NCBI GenBank assembly: GCA_965224465.1
Contig: OZ245049.1
Coordinates: forward strand, 4,140,001-4,172,000
Length of the DNA stretch: 32,000 bases
Origin: Flavobacteriaceae bacterium
GTDB lineage: Bacteria; Bacteroidota; Bacteroidia; Flavobacteriales; Flavobacteriaceae
Direction of reading: 5' to 3'
Position numbers and translations under genes: made by a program. A model generated the notes under the pieces. It did not search any database, was not told where the DNA came from, and was given only the letters and a program-made list of their open reading frames with translations. Below are positions 7,226 to 16,729 of this stretch, one piece after another. How positions within the stretch are numbered: the stretch's first letter is position 1; each line of letters starts with the position of its first letter.

Positions 7226-8848
7226 ATGGAAAAATTATTAAGTTCAGTACAGGAGTCTCTTTTAAATTATGGGATTTTGGATGTGAAAGAAATTATTCAC
7301 AATCCATCCTATGAATTATTGTACGAGGCTGAATTGAATCCTTCATTGGAAGGATTTGAAAAAGGATTTGACACCGAATTGGGCGCTGTAAATGTGATGA
7401 CAGGGAAGTTTACAGGGCGTTCTCCAAAGGATAAATATATTGTGGAAGATCTGGTGACAAAAGATACCGTTTGGTGGACCTCGGACCGGGCAGTGAATGA
7501 TAATAAAAAATTGTCTCAAGAAGTATGGAGCGATTTAAAGAAAATCGTTGCAGCAGAATTGTCCAATAAAGTACTGTATGTAGTAGATACATTTTGTGGT
7601 GCTAATGAAGACACTCGTTTAAAAGTTCGTTTTATAGTGGAGGTTGCATGGCAAGCTCATTTTGTAAAAAATATGTTTATTCGCCCAACGGCTCAAGAGT
7701 TGGAGGATTATGGAGAACCAGATTTTGTAGTGATGAATGGCTCCAAAACCGTAAACAAAAATTGGAAAGAACACGGAATGAATTCGGAAGTTTTTACGGT
7801 GTTTAATTTAACGGAGAAAATGCAAATTATTGGAGGTTCTTGGTATGGTGGTGAAATGAAAAAAGGAATGTTTGCCATGATGAATTATTACTTGCCTTTA
7901 AAAGGAATGGCTGCAATGCACTGTTCTGCGAATAAAGGAGAGCAAGGAGATGTAGCTGTCTTTTTTGGACTCTCAGGCACAGGTAAAACCACCTTGTCTA
8001 CAGATCCAAAACGTGAATTGATAGGAGATGATGAGCACGGATGGGATGCGAACGGAATCTTTAATTTTGAAGGTGGATGTTACGCAAAAACTATCAATTT
8101 AGACCGTGATGCTGAACCCGATATTTTTGGTGCAATTCGCAGAGATGCCTTACTAGAAAATGTGACCGTAGATGCCAATGGGAAAATCGATTTTACAGAT
8201 GCATCAGTGACGCAAAATACAAGAGTATCTTACCCAATACAACATATAGAAAATAGTGTAAAACCTATTTCTAGAGCGGGACATGCCAATAAAGTGATCT
8301 TCTTGACAGCAGATGCTTTTGGAGTAATGCCTCCTGTGTCTAAGTTGACACCAGCGCAAACCAAATATCATTTCTTGTCTGGATTTACGGCTAAATTGGC
8401 GGGGACAGAAAGAGGTGTGACCGAACCAACTCCTACATTTTCTGCTTGTTTTGGAGAGGCATTCTTATCATTACATCCAACACAATACGGACACGAGTTG
8501 GTAAAAAAAATGGAAGAGCACAAAGCGACAGCTTATCTTGTAAATACAGGATGGAATGGTTCTGGTAAAAGAATCTCTATTAAGGATACCCGTGCGATTA
8601 TAGATCGAATTTTGGATGGCTCTATCGAGGATGCAGAAACAACCATTATTCCTGTATTTAATTTAGAAGTACCAAAGGAATTAGAAGGTGTTCGTACCGA
8701 TATTTTAGATCCAAGAGATACGTATAGCGATGTGAATGTTTGGAATAAAAAAGCGAAAGATTTAGCAGGGTTATTTATAAATAATTTTAAGAAATATTCA
8801 GATAATGAAGAGGGAAAAATACTTGTGGCTGCTGGGCCTCAAGTATAG
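7226..8848 (+). CDS. pckA: Phosphoenolpyruvate carboxykinase (ATP)
   Basis: 540 aa. It has the kinase-1a motif [21 protein letters not shown], and the typical ATP-PEPCK C-terminus ([21 protein letters not shown]). Confidence 0.95.
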   Translation: MEKLLSSVQESLLNYGILDVKEIIHNPSYELLYEAELNPSLEGFEKGFDTELGAVNVMTGKFTGRSPKDKYIVEDLVTKDTVWWTSDRAVNDNKKLSQEVWSDLKKIVAAELSNKVLYVVDTFCGANEDTRLKVRFIVEVAWQAHFVKNMFIRPTAQELEDYGEPDFVVMNGSKTVNKNWKEHGMNSEVFTVFNLTEKMQIIGGSWYGGEMKKGMFAMMNYYLPLKGMAAMHCSANKGEQGDVAVFFGLSGTGKTTLSTDPKRELIGDDEHGWDANGIFNFEGGCYAKTINLDRDAEPDIFGAIRRDALLENVTVDANGKIDFTDASVTQNTRVSYPIQHIENSVKPISRAGHANKVIFLTADAFGVMPPVSKLTPAQTKYHFLSGFTAKLAGTERGVTEPTPTFSACFGEAFLSLHPTQYGHELVKKMEEHKATAYLVNTGWNGSGKRISIKDTRAIIDRILDGSIEDAETTIIPVFNLEVPKELEGVRTDILDPRDTYSDVNVWNKKAKDLAGLFINNFKKYSDNEEGKILVAAGPQV

Positions 8849-8871
8849 TTTAATTACTACTAACTAGCGAG

Positions 8872-8900
8872 AAAAGCCTCCAATTTGGAGGCTTTTTTTT
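8872..8900. terminator. Rho-independent terminator, probably bidirectional between pckA and the aminopeptidase gene
   Basis: The sequence aaaagcctcc-aattt-ggaggctttt is followed by a T-run and preceded by an A-run. It lies between convergent genes. Confidence 0.8.
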
Positions 8901-8932
8901 AGGTTTAAATCCTACAAATGTAGTATTGATTT

Positions 8933-10729
8933 CTAGCTGTTTATTTCTTTACATTTATCAGCTAGCCATTGTTTTTCTTGAGGGTTTAGCATTGGAGATA
9001 AAGTACTGTACACTTTTTGGTGATAGTTGTTTAACCAATTAATTTCTTCGTTACTCATCAGTTTAAACTCAATCAATCGGGTGTCAATAGGGAAGAGGGT
9101 AATTGGTTCAAATCCTATAAAATCGCCATAACTGGTTGTTTGTTTGATGTAGGATATTACTACGTTTTCGGTTCGTATACCATAGGCGCCTTCTTTATAG
9201 AACCCTGGTTCTATGGTGGTAAATTGATTTTCTTTATGGACTTCACTTCCTCTAGAGGTGGTCATACTAGCGGCAAAACCTTGTGCGTCTTCATGTACCA
9301 TTCCATAGCTTCCGATCCCATGTCCAGTTCCGTGACCAAAATTAAGTCCATGTTTCCATAAATGCATTCTTGAAAAAGAGTCCAATTGCATGCCTACCGT
9401 TCCTTTTGGGAATTGTATCGTTTCTAATGTAATGTATCCTTTAAGTACAAGTGTAAATGATTTTTTTTCGTCGTCCGTAGCTTCTTTTCCTAGAAATGTG
9501 GTACGGGTAACATCGGTAGTTCCATTTTGGTATTGAGCACCACTATCTATTAAAAGGATGCCTTCATTTTTTACCATAGTAGAGCCTTCTTTTGGAGCTG
9601 TATAATGGATAATAGCGCCATTGTTTTTATAACTCACTATGGCAGCAAAGGATTCTCCTTTATAATGCGCCTGTTTTTGGCGGTAACTATCCAATGTGCG
9701 TCCGATTTCATATTCTGAAATTTCTCGTTGCTCGATTTCTGATTCTAACCACATAAAGAATTGAGTCATGGCGACACCATCTTTTTCCATACAATTTTTA
9801 GCGTTGGATATTTCAACACTGTTTTTAATGGCTTTGAGTTCTTTTATCAAGGATTTTTGGTATACAAAAGAACCATTAATAGCATCAAAACAGGCATAAT
9901 TTAAAGAACTTGGGTCTGTAAGAATTACTTTTCCTTCTGTAATAGAGGGGAGTTTGTTTGCTAAAGCATCATATTCTAATACGGTAATATTGTCCTTTTT
10001 TAAGGTTTCTAGTAAAGAAGCGTCAAACCTGTTTTTGTTACAAAACAGAAAGGATTCTTTTGTACCTACTAAGGCATAAGAAATAACCAAGGGAGTATAA
10101 TCAACATCGGTTCCTCTGATGTTGTAGAGCCAAGCTATTTCGTCTAGACTTGAGATAAATGCGTAGTCAGCTTTTTGTAGACGGATTTCGGTATGTAGCT
10201 TTTGTAGCTTGCTTTGGGTTGATTCACCACTAAATTCAATCGGTTGATGTGAAATTTTATTGGTTGGAAGTTGTGGTCTATCTGTCCAAATACGATCAAT
10301 TAACACGGCGTCATTTTGCAGTTGGATATTTTTAGAAAGGGCGTTTTCTACAAGATAATCTATTTGAGATTTTGAAAATTGACGATAATCAAGTCCTATG
10401 GTGTCGTTCTTATCTAGTATATCACAAAGCCATGGAATATGTTCTGGAGCATGTGGAATGGATTGTTTGTGCAATTTTATTTCACTTTCTTTACACTGTT
10501 TGGTCACTTGTAAGAAATAACGAGAGTCTACCCATAATGCAGCTTCTTTTTGGGTGATAACCAACGTTCCTGCCGATCCTGTGAATTCAGAGAAATAGGT
10601 ACGTATTTTCCAATAATCATTCACATACTCACTTTGATGTGGATCTGTTGAAGGAATAATATATGCCGCTAAGCCTTGTGTTTTCATAGCGGTTCTCAAT
10701 GCCGATATTCTAGTGTTTATAATACTCAT
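8933..10729 (-). CDS. Xaa-Pro aminopeptidase (aminopeptidase P, M24B family) with creatinase-like N-terminal domains
   Basis: 598 aa. The C-terminal pita-bread catalytic region includes DSGAQY..GTTDVTRT, HGTGHGIGS and EPGFY..G.YGIRTEN. Confidence 0.85.
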   Translation of the reverse strand: MSIINTRISALRTAMKTQGLAAYIIPSTDPHQSEYVNDYWKIRTYFSEFTGSAGTLVITQKEAALWVDSRYFLQVTKQCKESEIKLHKQSIPHAPEHIPWLCDILDKNDTIGLDYRQFSKSQIDYLVENALSKNIQLQNDAVLIDRIWTDRPQLPTNKISHQPIEFSGESTQSKLQKLHTEIRLQKADYAFISSLDEIAWLYNIRGTDVDYTPLVISYALVGTKESFLFCNKNRFDASLLETLKKDNITVLEYDALANKLPSITEGKVILTDPSSLNYACFDAINGSFVYQKSLIKELKAIKNSVEISNAKNCMEKDGVAMTQFFMWLESEIEQREISEYEIGRTLDSYRQKQAHYKGESFAAIVSYKNNGAIIHYTAPKEGSTMVKNEGILLIDSGAQYQNGTTDVTRTTFLGKEATDDEKKSFTLVLKGYITLETIQFPKGTVGMQLDSFSRMHLWKHGLNFGHGTGHGIGSYGMVHEDAQGFAASMTTSRGSEVHKENQFTTIEPGFYKEGAYGIRTENVVISYIKQTTSYGDFIGFEPITLFPIDTRLIEFKLMSNEEINWLNNYHQKVYSTLSPMLNPQEKQWLADKCKEINS

Positions 10730-10786
10730 TTTTCTGTTTTTTTGTACTGTTTTTAATATGATGTTGTCATTAAAATGAAAAGTAAT

Positions 10787-12379
10787 TTAAAGACTTTTTT
10801 TTGTGATTGTTCCGTTTATACGTCGACTTATATTTAATAGGTTGCTATTTTTTAAAGCTTCAGGCAATAAGTTGTTTGGACAGTTTTGGTAACTAAAAGG
10901 ACGTACCCATCGTTTGATTGAATCGATGCCGACTGCTGTAAATCTACTGTCTGTTGATGCGGGGTAAGGACCGCCATGTAACATGGAGGGGCAGACTTCT
11001 ACGCCTGTTGATACGCCATTAAATATAATGCGACCCACCTTGTTTTTTAAGTTTTTTATAAGGGAGCTATGTGTGTCTAAATCCAGAGCATCTCCTATAA
11101 TAGTTCCTGTCAATTGTCCTTCCAATGTTTTTACGATGCTGTTTAACTCATTCGCGTTTTTACACAGTACAACAATAGAAAAAGGGCCGAACACTTCTGT
11201 CTGTACTTCGCGGTTTTTAATAAAATCTTCTCCTGAGATTGTAGCAATAGTTTGGTCTGCAAAATTAGGAGTGATCCTATCCGCATATTGAGCAACAATA
11301 TGTACCCCTTTTTGTTGGCATAGCGTTTTTTTATTATTTGTATAGTTCGCATGGATATTTGGGTGTAACATGCAGAGTGGTGCTTTTTCAATCACTGTTT
11401 TGGCTAATAACTGAACAAAAGTATCCAACGATTTGCTTTTAATTCCAAGAATTAACCCTGGATTTGTGCAGAATTGACCTGCGCCTAAAGTGATCGCATC
11501 GGCATAAGATTTTGCCCATTTCTTTCCGTTTTTTTCTAATTCGTTTGGAAGTAATAATACAGGGTTAACACTTCCCATCTCTCCAAAAAACGGAATGGGT
11601 TCAGGGCGCATGGAAGCACTATTGTATAAGGCACGTCCTCCCTGAATACTTCCTGTAAATCCAACAGCTTTTATTTGAGGATGTTGTACTAATTGTAGTC
11701 CTAAGTTGATGCCTTTACTGTTTAAATTTGAAAAAATTCCGTTTGGCATCCCGGTTCTTTCTATTGCTTTAATTATTGCGGATGCCACGAGTTCTCCTGT
11801 TCCAGCATGCATAGGATGTGATTTTACGATCACAGGGCAGCCAGCCGCAAAAGCAGAAGCACTGTCTCCTCCAGCAGTAGAATAGGCTAAAGGGAAATTA
11901 CTTGCGCCAAAAACTACCACAGGCCCTAAAGGAATATTTATTTTTCTAAGGTCGGGTTTGGCTATTGGTAAGCGGTTTTCTTGAGCGGTGTCTATGGAGG
12001 CTTCTAGCCATTCTCCGTCTAATATATATGCAGCAAAATTCCGTAATTGGAATAAGGTCCTTGCTTTTTCACTTTCGGCGCGTACTGGACTGAGTCCTGT
12101 TTCTAAACAATAAATAGTGATGAGGTGTTCCCCAAGGTTTTCTATTTCTTCGGCAATAGTTGTTAGAAAAGTAGCCTTGTCTTTATTGGAGACTTGTTGG
12201 AAATCATCAAATGCGGAGCATGCCAATCCTACGGCCTGTTCTATTTCTAAAGTTGTTGCTTCTGTAAATACAGTTGAGTTTTTAATGTTTAGTAGCGGAT
12301 TAAAAGTAGTAAAAGTTACCTCGCCACTAGCAGATAACAGATTTCCTATATAGTTTTTACCTGTTAATTTCTCTGACAT
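10787..12379 (-). CDS. NADP-dependent aldehyde dehydrogenase (2,5-dioxovalerate / alpha-ketoglutaric semialdehyde dehydrogenase-like)
   Basis: 530 aa of the ALDH superfamily (GFTGS..GGRAL, FGEMGSVNP, GAGQFCTNPG with the catalytic Cys). The length and N-terminus resemble the KGSADH subgroup. Confidence 0.8.
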   Translation of the reverse strand: MSEKLTGKNYIGNLLSASGEVTFTTFNPLLNIKNSTVFTEATTLEIEQAVGLACSAFDDFQQVSNKDKATFLTTIAEEIENLGEHLITIYCLETGLSPVRAESEKARTLFQLRNFAAYILDGEWLEASIDTAQENRLPIAKPDLRKINIPLGPVVVFGASNFPLAYSTAGGDSASAFAAGCPVIVKSHPMHAGTGELVASAIIKAIERTGMPNGIFSNLNSKGINLGLQLVQHPQIKAVGFTGSIQGGRALYNSASMRPEPIPFFGEMGSVNPVLLLPNELEKNGKKWAKSYADAITLGAGQFCTNPGLILGIKSKSLDTFVQLLAKTVIEKAPLCMLHPNIHANYTNNKKTLCQQKGVHIVAQYADRITPNFADQTIATISGEDFIKNREVQTEVFGPFSIVVLCKNANELNSIVKTLEGQLTGTIIGDALDLDTHSSLIKNLKNKVGRIIFNGVSTGVEVCPSMLHGGPYPASTDSRFTAVGIDSIKRWVRPFSYQNCPNNLLPEALKNSNLLNISRRINGTITKKSL

Positions 12380-12572
12380 GGTTGTTTTTTTAGGGTATTT
12401 ATTTGGGATGCCAAAAGTATTCCCAAGTAACTGTTTACATTCATTATGTAGAATTGTTTTGGTGTTGTATCTAATATGCTACTAAGGTATTTAATAAAAA
12501 GGACTTTTAGGAGGGATTAAATCAAAGTTTTTGAAGAAATAGGTGTTTTTTTCAATACTAAATCGTGCTTAT

Positions 12573-12604
12573 TTTGGTATTATATTAACTCTTTTATATA
12601 TTTG
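12573..12604 (+). promoter_or_regulatory. Bacteroidota-type promoter (TTTG-N20-TATATTTG) for the AraC-family gene
   Basis: The -33 element TTTG is at 12573-12576. The -7 element TATATTTG at 12597-12604 matches TAnnTTTG exactly and lies 39 nt upstream of the ATG at 12644. Confidence 0.5.
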
Positions 12605-12643
12605 TACACTCAATATTGTGTAAATTATACATAATGATATCTA

Positions 12644-13483
12644 ATGAAAGTATTACCATTTAAAATACCGAAACCAGAAAATACGTCCTTGTATTTACAA
12701 GAAGATAAAGGAACTGCTTTTTATGGGAAATTACATCAACACGAGGAAATACAAATAAGCATCGTTATCAAAGGAACAGGAACTTTTATTATTGGTGATT
12801 GTGTGGGGGATTTTTCTCCAAATTGTATTTTTGTAATAGGGGAGAACCTTCCGCATGTGTTTAAAAGTGACGAGCTAGAAGAAGATGTACACATGATTAC
12901 TGTGTTTTTTACAAAGCGTTCTTTTGGTCCTCAATTTTTTGAAATGAGTCTGTTTCAAAATGTGCAAACGCTTTTTAATGATGCGCTTTTAGGAATTCGT
13001 GTTCAAAGTGATATTTCTTTGATCAGGTCTAAATTATTGGGGCTGCAAGTAAAAGACAAGTTGTTACAGTTTATTCAGTTTTTAGAAGTGTTACATGTGT
13101 TGTCTGCGTCCGATTATAAAACCTTGTCTTCTTTGATAAACAGAAAAAAATATGCTGGTTTAGAAGGAAAACGTATGCGTGATATTTTTCAGCATTCCAT
13201 GAATAATTTCCATAAAACAATAGAACTAAAAGAGATTGCGAGTATAGCCAATATGACTCCCAATGCTTTCTGTCGTTACTTTAAGCAGAGAACCAATAAA
13301 ACCTATGTCAACTTTTTAATTGATATCAGGATAGGAAATGCTTGTAAGTTGTTACGAGCGGACGAAGAAGCCAGTATTACAGAGATTTGTTATAAAAGTG
13401 GTTTTAACAATTTAGCGAATTTCAATCGAAAGTTCAAAGCCTTAAAAGGAATGACTCCTTCAGAATTTAGAAAACGTCATTGA
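12644..13483 (+). CDS. AraC family transcriptional regulator (N-terminal cupin-like sensor, C-terminal HTH_18)
   Basis: 279 aa. The C-terminus IASIANMTPNAFCRYFKQ...ICYKSGFNNLANFNRKFKALKGMTPSEFRK is a canonical AraC double HTH. The gene is divergent from the aldehyde dehydrogenase gene. Confidence 0.85.
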   Translation: MKVLPFKIPKPENTSLYLQEDKGTAFYGKLHQHEEIQISIVIKGTGTFIIGDCVGDFSPNCIFVIGENLPHVFKSDELEEDVHMITVFFTKRSFGPQFFEMSLFQNVQTLFNDALLGIRVQSDISLIRSKLLGLQVKDKLLQFIQFLEVLHVLSASDYKTLSSLINRKKYAGLEGKRMRDIFQHSMNNFHKTIELKEIASIANMTPNAFCRYFKQRTNKTYVNFLIDIRIGNACKLLRADEEASITEICYKSGFNNLANFNRKFKALKGMTPSEFRKRH

Positions 13484-13570
13484 TGCTTTCAAATGTGTTT
13501 TAAAAAGGTGATGTAGAAATAGAATTGTGTTTTTATGAATCCTAGGTGGGGAATCTAAGGATAGTAATTG

Positions 13571-13939
13571 CTAATTTTGTATGATTAAACCCAATTCTTT
13601 TTGTGCTTTTTTAGTCATCGATTGAACGACTAAATTATAGGAATGGTCTATTAATTCTATCAATAAATCCTGTGGTAAATCATGATCAAAAGTAACAGTG
13701 TTCCAATGTTTTTTGTTCATGTGCCATCCTGGAATAATACTTGATTCGTGTAGGTCACGTAGGTCGAGTGCTTTTTCTGGATTGCATTTTAGATTTACAG
13801 TAAATGGTTTTTTGTCAAGCCCTGTAAGTGCAAACATTTTACCTGCCACTTTAAATACCAAGGTGCTTTCGTCAAAAGGAAAACTTTCTGTTACGTGTTT
13901 TTTTTGAAGACAGTAGCTTCTAAATACTTCTATATTCAT
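13571..13939 (-). CDS. MmcQ/YjbR family DNA-binding protein
   Basis: 122 aa. The motifs YCLQKKHVTESFPFDESTLVFKVAGKMFAL and WHMNKKHWNTV are typical of the YjbR family. Confidence 0.75.
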   Translation of the reverse strand: MNIEVFRSYCLQKKHVTESFPFDESTLVFKVAGKMFALTGLDKKPFTVNLKCNPEKALDLRDLHESSIIPGWHMNKKHWNTVTFDHDLPQDLLIELIDHSYNLVVQSMTKKAQKELGLIIQN

Positions 13940-13940
13940 T

Positions 13941-14549
13941 TTAATTATCGAGTTCTTTTTGGATGCTTGTTTCTATTTTTAAATTACTGTAATCAAGTTT
14001 CCAACCAATTGTTTGTACAATACCTTCAATCATTAAAATAGATTCTAAGGCTTCTTTTTTTGCGTTTTCTAACAAGCCACTTTTAGGGATTTTTTCCCGA
14101 ATAAACGAACTAGCTTCCTTGTTTAAATCCGTTAAATCTTCTGCGGCGAATTTGTTGAATAAGCCGTCAGACTTGTCGTAATAACTTAAATGAGATTCCA
14201 AACTTAGGATTGTTGGTTGTGGAAAATGAGTCAGTTTTATGGTCTTTTTTTTAGGATTTGATTCCAAATGGATTTTTGAGAGATCAAAACCAATATGTGC
14301 TTTTGCATTGACTAGGATAATGGCCTTTTTCTTACTTGTAAAAAGGCTCAAAAAGTGTTCCTTGGTGTCTTCATAATGATAAATCTCTGCAAAATCTCCT
14401 TCTACAGTGATCAGTTTACAGACTCTTTTTATCTTTTCTATTAAAATAACAGCGTCTTTTTCACTTCCTTTTTGAGGTGATTTAGCAACGTATTTAAAAT
14501 AAAAATACATTCCAAAACCTCCAAAAAATAATCCGATTAATAATTCCAT
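13941..14549 (-). CDS. DUF4230-like membrane-anchored protein
   Basis: 202 aa with a single N-terminal TM helix. It lies 1 nt upstream of the yjbR-like gene. The family call is from memory of the DUF4230 architecture. Confidence 0.55.
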   Translation of the reverse strand: MELLIGLFFGGFGMYFYFKYVAKSPQKGSEKDAVILIEKIKRVCKLITVEGDFAEIYHYEDTKEHFLSLFTSKKKAIILVNAKAHIGFDLSKIHLESNPKKKTIKLTHFPQPTILSLESHLSYYDKSDGLFNKFAAEDLTDLNKEASSFIREKIPKSGLLENAKKEALESILMIEGIVQTIGWKLDYSNLKIETSIQKELDN

Positions 14550-14687
14550 AGGTAATTTTTAATATTCAAATATAGGGATAAGTTTTGAATCGTTCTTTAT
14601 AGTTTTTTTAGAGAGTATTCTTTATATTTATGGAGTGAGCTTATTGATTAAAGATGTTGGAGGGTGGTAATTGATGTAGGGTGTTCT

Positions 14688-15812
14688 CTAAATCTCAAAC
14701 AAATCACTAGCAATTCCATCGGCTAAAAACTTTCCTTTTTGGCTTGTTAACAAGGTATTGTCTTTGATTTCTAATAAGCCTTGCGATATAAATTTCTCTA
14801 CGTTTTTAAGAAGAGTTTTGTATGTAGTATCGCCAAAATCACTGAGAACTTTCGCTAAAGAAACCCCGTAAATAGTTCGCAAGCCTGTCATGATATATTC
14901 ATTAAAACGATCGCTATCACTAAGTGTTTCTGTTTCGCAAGGAAGGACTCCCTTTTCGATGGACTGGATGTATTTTTGATTGTTAGAAATATTCCAAGAA
15001 CGTTGTGTTTTGTTAAACGAATGTGCTGAAGGACCAATGCCTACATAGGTTTCTCCTTGCCAATATGCGGTATTGTGTTTGGAGAAAAAGAGTGGTTTTC
15101 CAAAGTTTGAAATTTCGTAATGTACAAATCCATGTTTGCTAGTTTCTGCTACAAGCATGTTAAAATGTTCCTGTGCTAAGGTTTCGTCTAGTGGTTTTAC
15201 AGTTCCTTTTTTGATAAAACTAGAAAGGGCTGTTTTTTCTTCTACAGTAAGTGCGTAGGAAGAAATATGTGGCACACCTAGTTCAAAAGCTATGTTGAGG
15301 TTTTGTTGCCATTTTTCTGAACTCATGTTTGGAACTCCGTATATTAAATCGATCGTAATATTGTCAAAATGTTTGGAGGCTTCTTTAATACAGGTAATAG
15401 ATTCTTTTGCTGTATGTGCGCGGTTCATAAACTGTAAATCATCTTCAAAAAAGCTTTGAACACCTATGCTTAATCTATTGATTTTAGTGTTTGATAATTG
15501 GTTTAGTTTTTCTACAGTCAAATCATCAGGGTTGGCTTCCAAGGTGATTTCTGCTGTTGGGTCAACATTAAATTTAGTGTAAATAAGGTCTAGAATCCTT
15601 GTAATTTCTTCTGTATTTAGAATAGAAGGTGTGCCTCCTCCAAAATAGATGGTTCGTATTTGTTGTCCGTCTAATTCAGATTTACGCAATAAGAGTTCCG
15701 TTTCCAGAGCAACTAATAATTTCTTTTTATGTTTGAGTGATGTTGAAAAGTGAAAGTCACAATAATAACATGCCTGTTTACAAAAAGGGATATGTATATA
15801 AATTCCAGCCAA
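14688..15812 (-). CDS. hemW: Radical SAM family heme chaperone HemW (HemN-like, oxygen-independent coproporphyrinogen oxidase-like)
   Basis: 374 aa with the radical-SAM CxxxCxxC motif in IHIPFCKQACYYCDF. It also has GGGTPS and a HemN_C-like tail. The start codon is TTG. Confidence 0.9.
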   Translation of the reverse strand: MAGIYIHIPFCKQACYYCDFHFSTSLKHKKKLLVALETELLLRKSELDGQQIRTIYFGGGTPSILNTEEITRILDLIYTKFNVDPTAEITLEANPDDLTVEKLNQLSNTKINRLSIGVQSFFEDDLQFMNRAHTAKESITCIKEASKHFDNITIDLIYGVPNMSSEKWQQNLNIAFELGVPHISSYALTVEEKTALSSFIKKGTVKPLDETLAQEHFNMLVAETSKHGFVHYEISNFGKPLFFSKHNTAYWQGETYVGIGPSAHSFNKTQRSWNISNNQKYIQSIEKGVLPCETETLSDSDRFNEYIMTGLRTIYGVSLAKVLSDFGDTTYKTLLKNVEKFISQGLLEIKDNTLLTSQKGKFLADGIASDLFEI

Positions 15813-15852
15813 TTGAACTATTTTTTACAAAGTTAAGAAAAATGAAATGGGT

Positions 15853-16407
15853 TTATTTTTTTACGCGTTCCTTGTTCTGTTTTACAAAGGATTCCCAACC
15901 TGTGTAGGATGTTCCTTGTACTATGTTTTTACTATTGTAAAAATGACAAACAGCAGCTGCCAGACCATCGGTGGCATCCAAGCTTTTAGGGAGTGTTTTT
16001 AGTTTTAAAATACTCTGTAGCATTTTTGCAACCTGTTCTTTACTTGCATTTCCATTTCCTGTGATGGCTTGTTTTATTTTTCTAGGAGCGTATTCCATTA
16101 CAGGAACATTGCGGTACAATCCTGCTGCCATGGCAACTCCTTGTGCGCGTCCTAATTTTAACATGGATTGGACATTTTTCCCGAAAAAAGGCGCTTCCAA
16201 TGCTATTTCATCAGGGTGGTAGGTGTCGATCAGGTGAAGTGTGCGTTCAAAAATCAATTTTAATTTGATGTATGGATCCTTGTATTTTTTGAGAATTAAT
16301 TCATCCAATTGAAGCATTTCCATTTTGTTATTCACGATACGTATCAATCCAAACCCCATAATGGTAGTTCCTGGGTCAATGCCTAAAATTATTTTTTCTG
16401 TACTCAA
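15853..16407 (-). CDS. ruvC: Crossover junction endodeoxyribonuclease RuvC
   Basis: The KIILGIDPGTTIMGFGLI N-terminal catalytic Asp motif is present. I prefer the TTG start at 16407, which gives MSTEKIILGIDPG and 184 aa. The track ORF extends to a TTG at 16473, adding 22 atypical residues. Confidence 0.9.
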   Translation of the reverse strand: MSTEKIILGIDPGTTIMGFGLIRIVNNKMEMLQLDELILKKYKDPYIKLKLIFERTLHLIDTYHPDEIALEAPFFGKNVQSMLKLGRAQGVAMAAGLYRNVPVMEYAPRKIKQAITGNGNASKEQVAKMLQSILKLKTLPKSLDATDGLAAAVCHFYNSKNIVQGTSYTGWESFVKQNKERVKK

Positions 16408-16572
16408 TTTCTTTTTATTTAGCCCAAAAATACTGTTTTTAGACACAAAAACAGGTCTTTTTATAAGTATCAAACTTCAAAGCGCGTTTTTAGGGCTTTA
16501 TATTGGCGTAAAACCTAGAGTTACAGTCTTGTTTTTCCTGTTTGGAGTCAGGTCATTGTGGGTTGTTGAGTT

Positions 16573-16704
16573 TTATCCGAATAGTTGCTCTATAATTCTG
16601 TCGGTATTGAAAAAAAGATAAATAATAAGAAAAAGCACGAGTACAAGTACAATACCTCTTTTTGGATTTGGTTTTTTACGTTGTTTTATTCTGTCAAATT
16701 TCAT
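16573..16704 (-). CDS. Possible 43-aa small membrane protein (absent from the ORF track, below its apparent size cutoff)
   Basis: My own translation gives MKFDRIKQRKKPNPKRGIVLVLVLFLIIYLFFNTDRIIEQLFG*. It has an ATG start, a basic N-terminus and one hydrophobic helix. It sits 26 nt downstream of mnmD on the same strand. Confidence 0.3.
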   Translation of the reverse strand: MKFDRIKQRKKPNPKRGIVLVLVLFLIIYLFFNTDRIIEQLFG

Positions 16705-16729
16705 GGGAAAACATGTTGAAAAGTTGGAA

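Noticed and set aside
12394-12417. Inverted repeat ttggga-N12-tcccaa just upstream of the aldehyde dehydrogenase start, as a possible AraC operator
   Set aside because: The arms are only 6 bp and AraC regulators usually bind direct repeats. It cannot be distinguished from chance without comparative data.
14567-14574. Isolated -7-box matches on the minus strand (CAAATATA at 14567-14574 before the DUF4230 gene, CAAAGTTA at 15828-15835 before hemW, CAAAGATA at 19206-19213 before the DUF4920 gene)
   Set aside because: Each is an exact TAnnTTTG match at a plausible distance from its start codon, but none has a -33 TTG at the right spacing. The 8-mer pattern has a chance frequency of a few percent per short AT-rich upstream region, so I did not list them as features.
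16325-16621. 98-aa plus-strand ORF (also 16703-16912 and 15971-16222, plus strand)
   Set aside because: These are antisense to ruvC, to mnmD or to the ruvC leader, have hydrophobic low-complexity translations, and show no recognisable motifs. Well-supported genes occupy the opposite strand.
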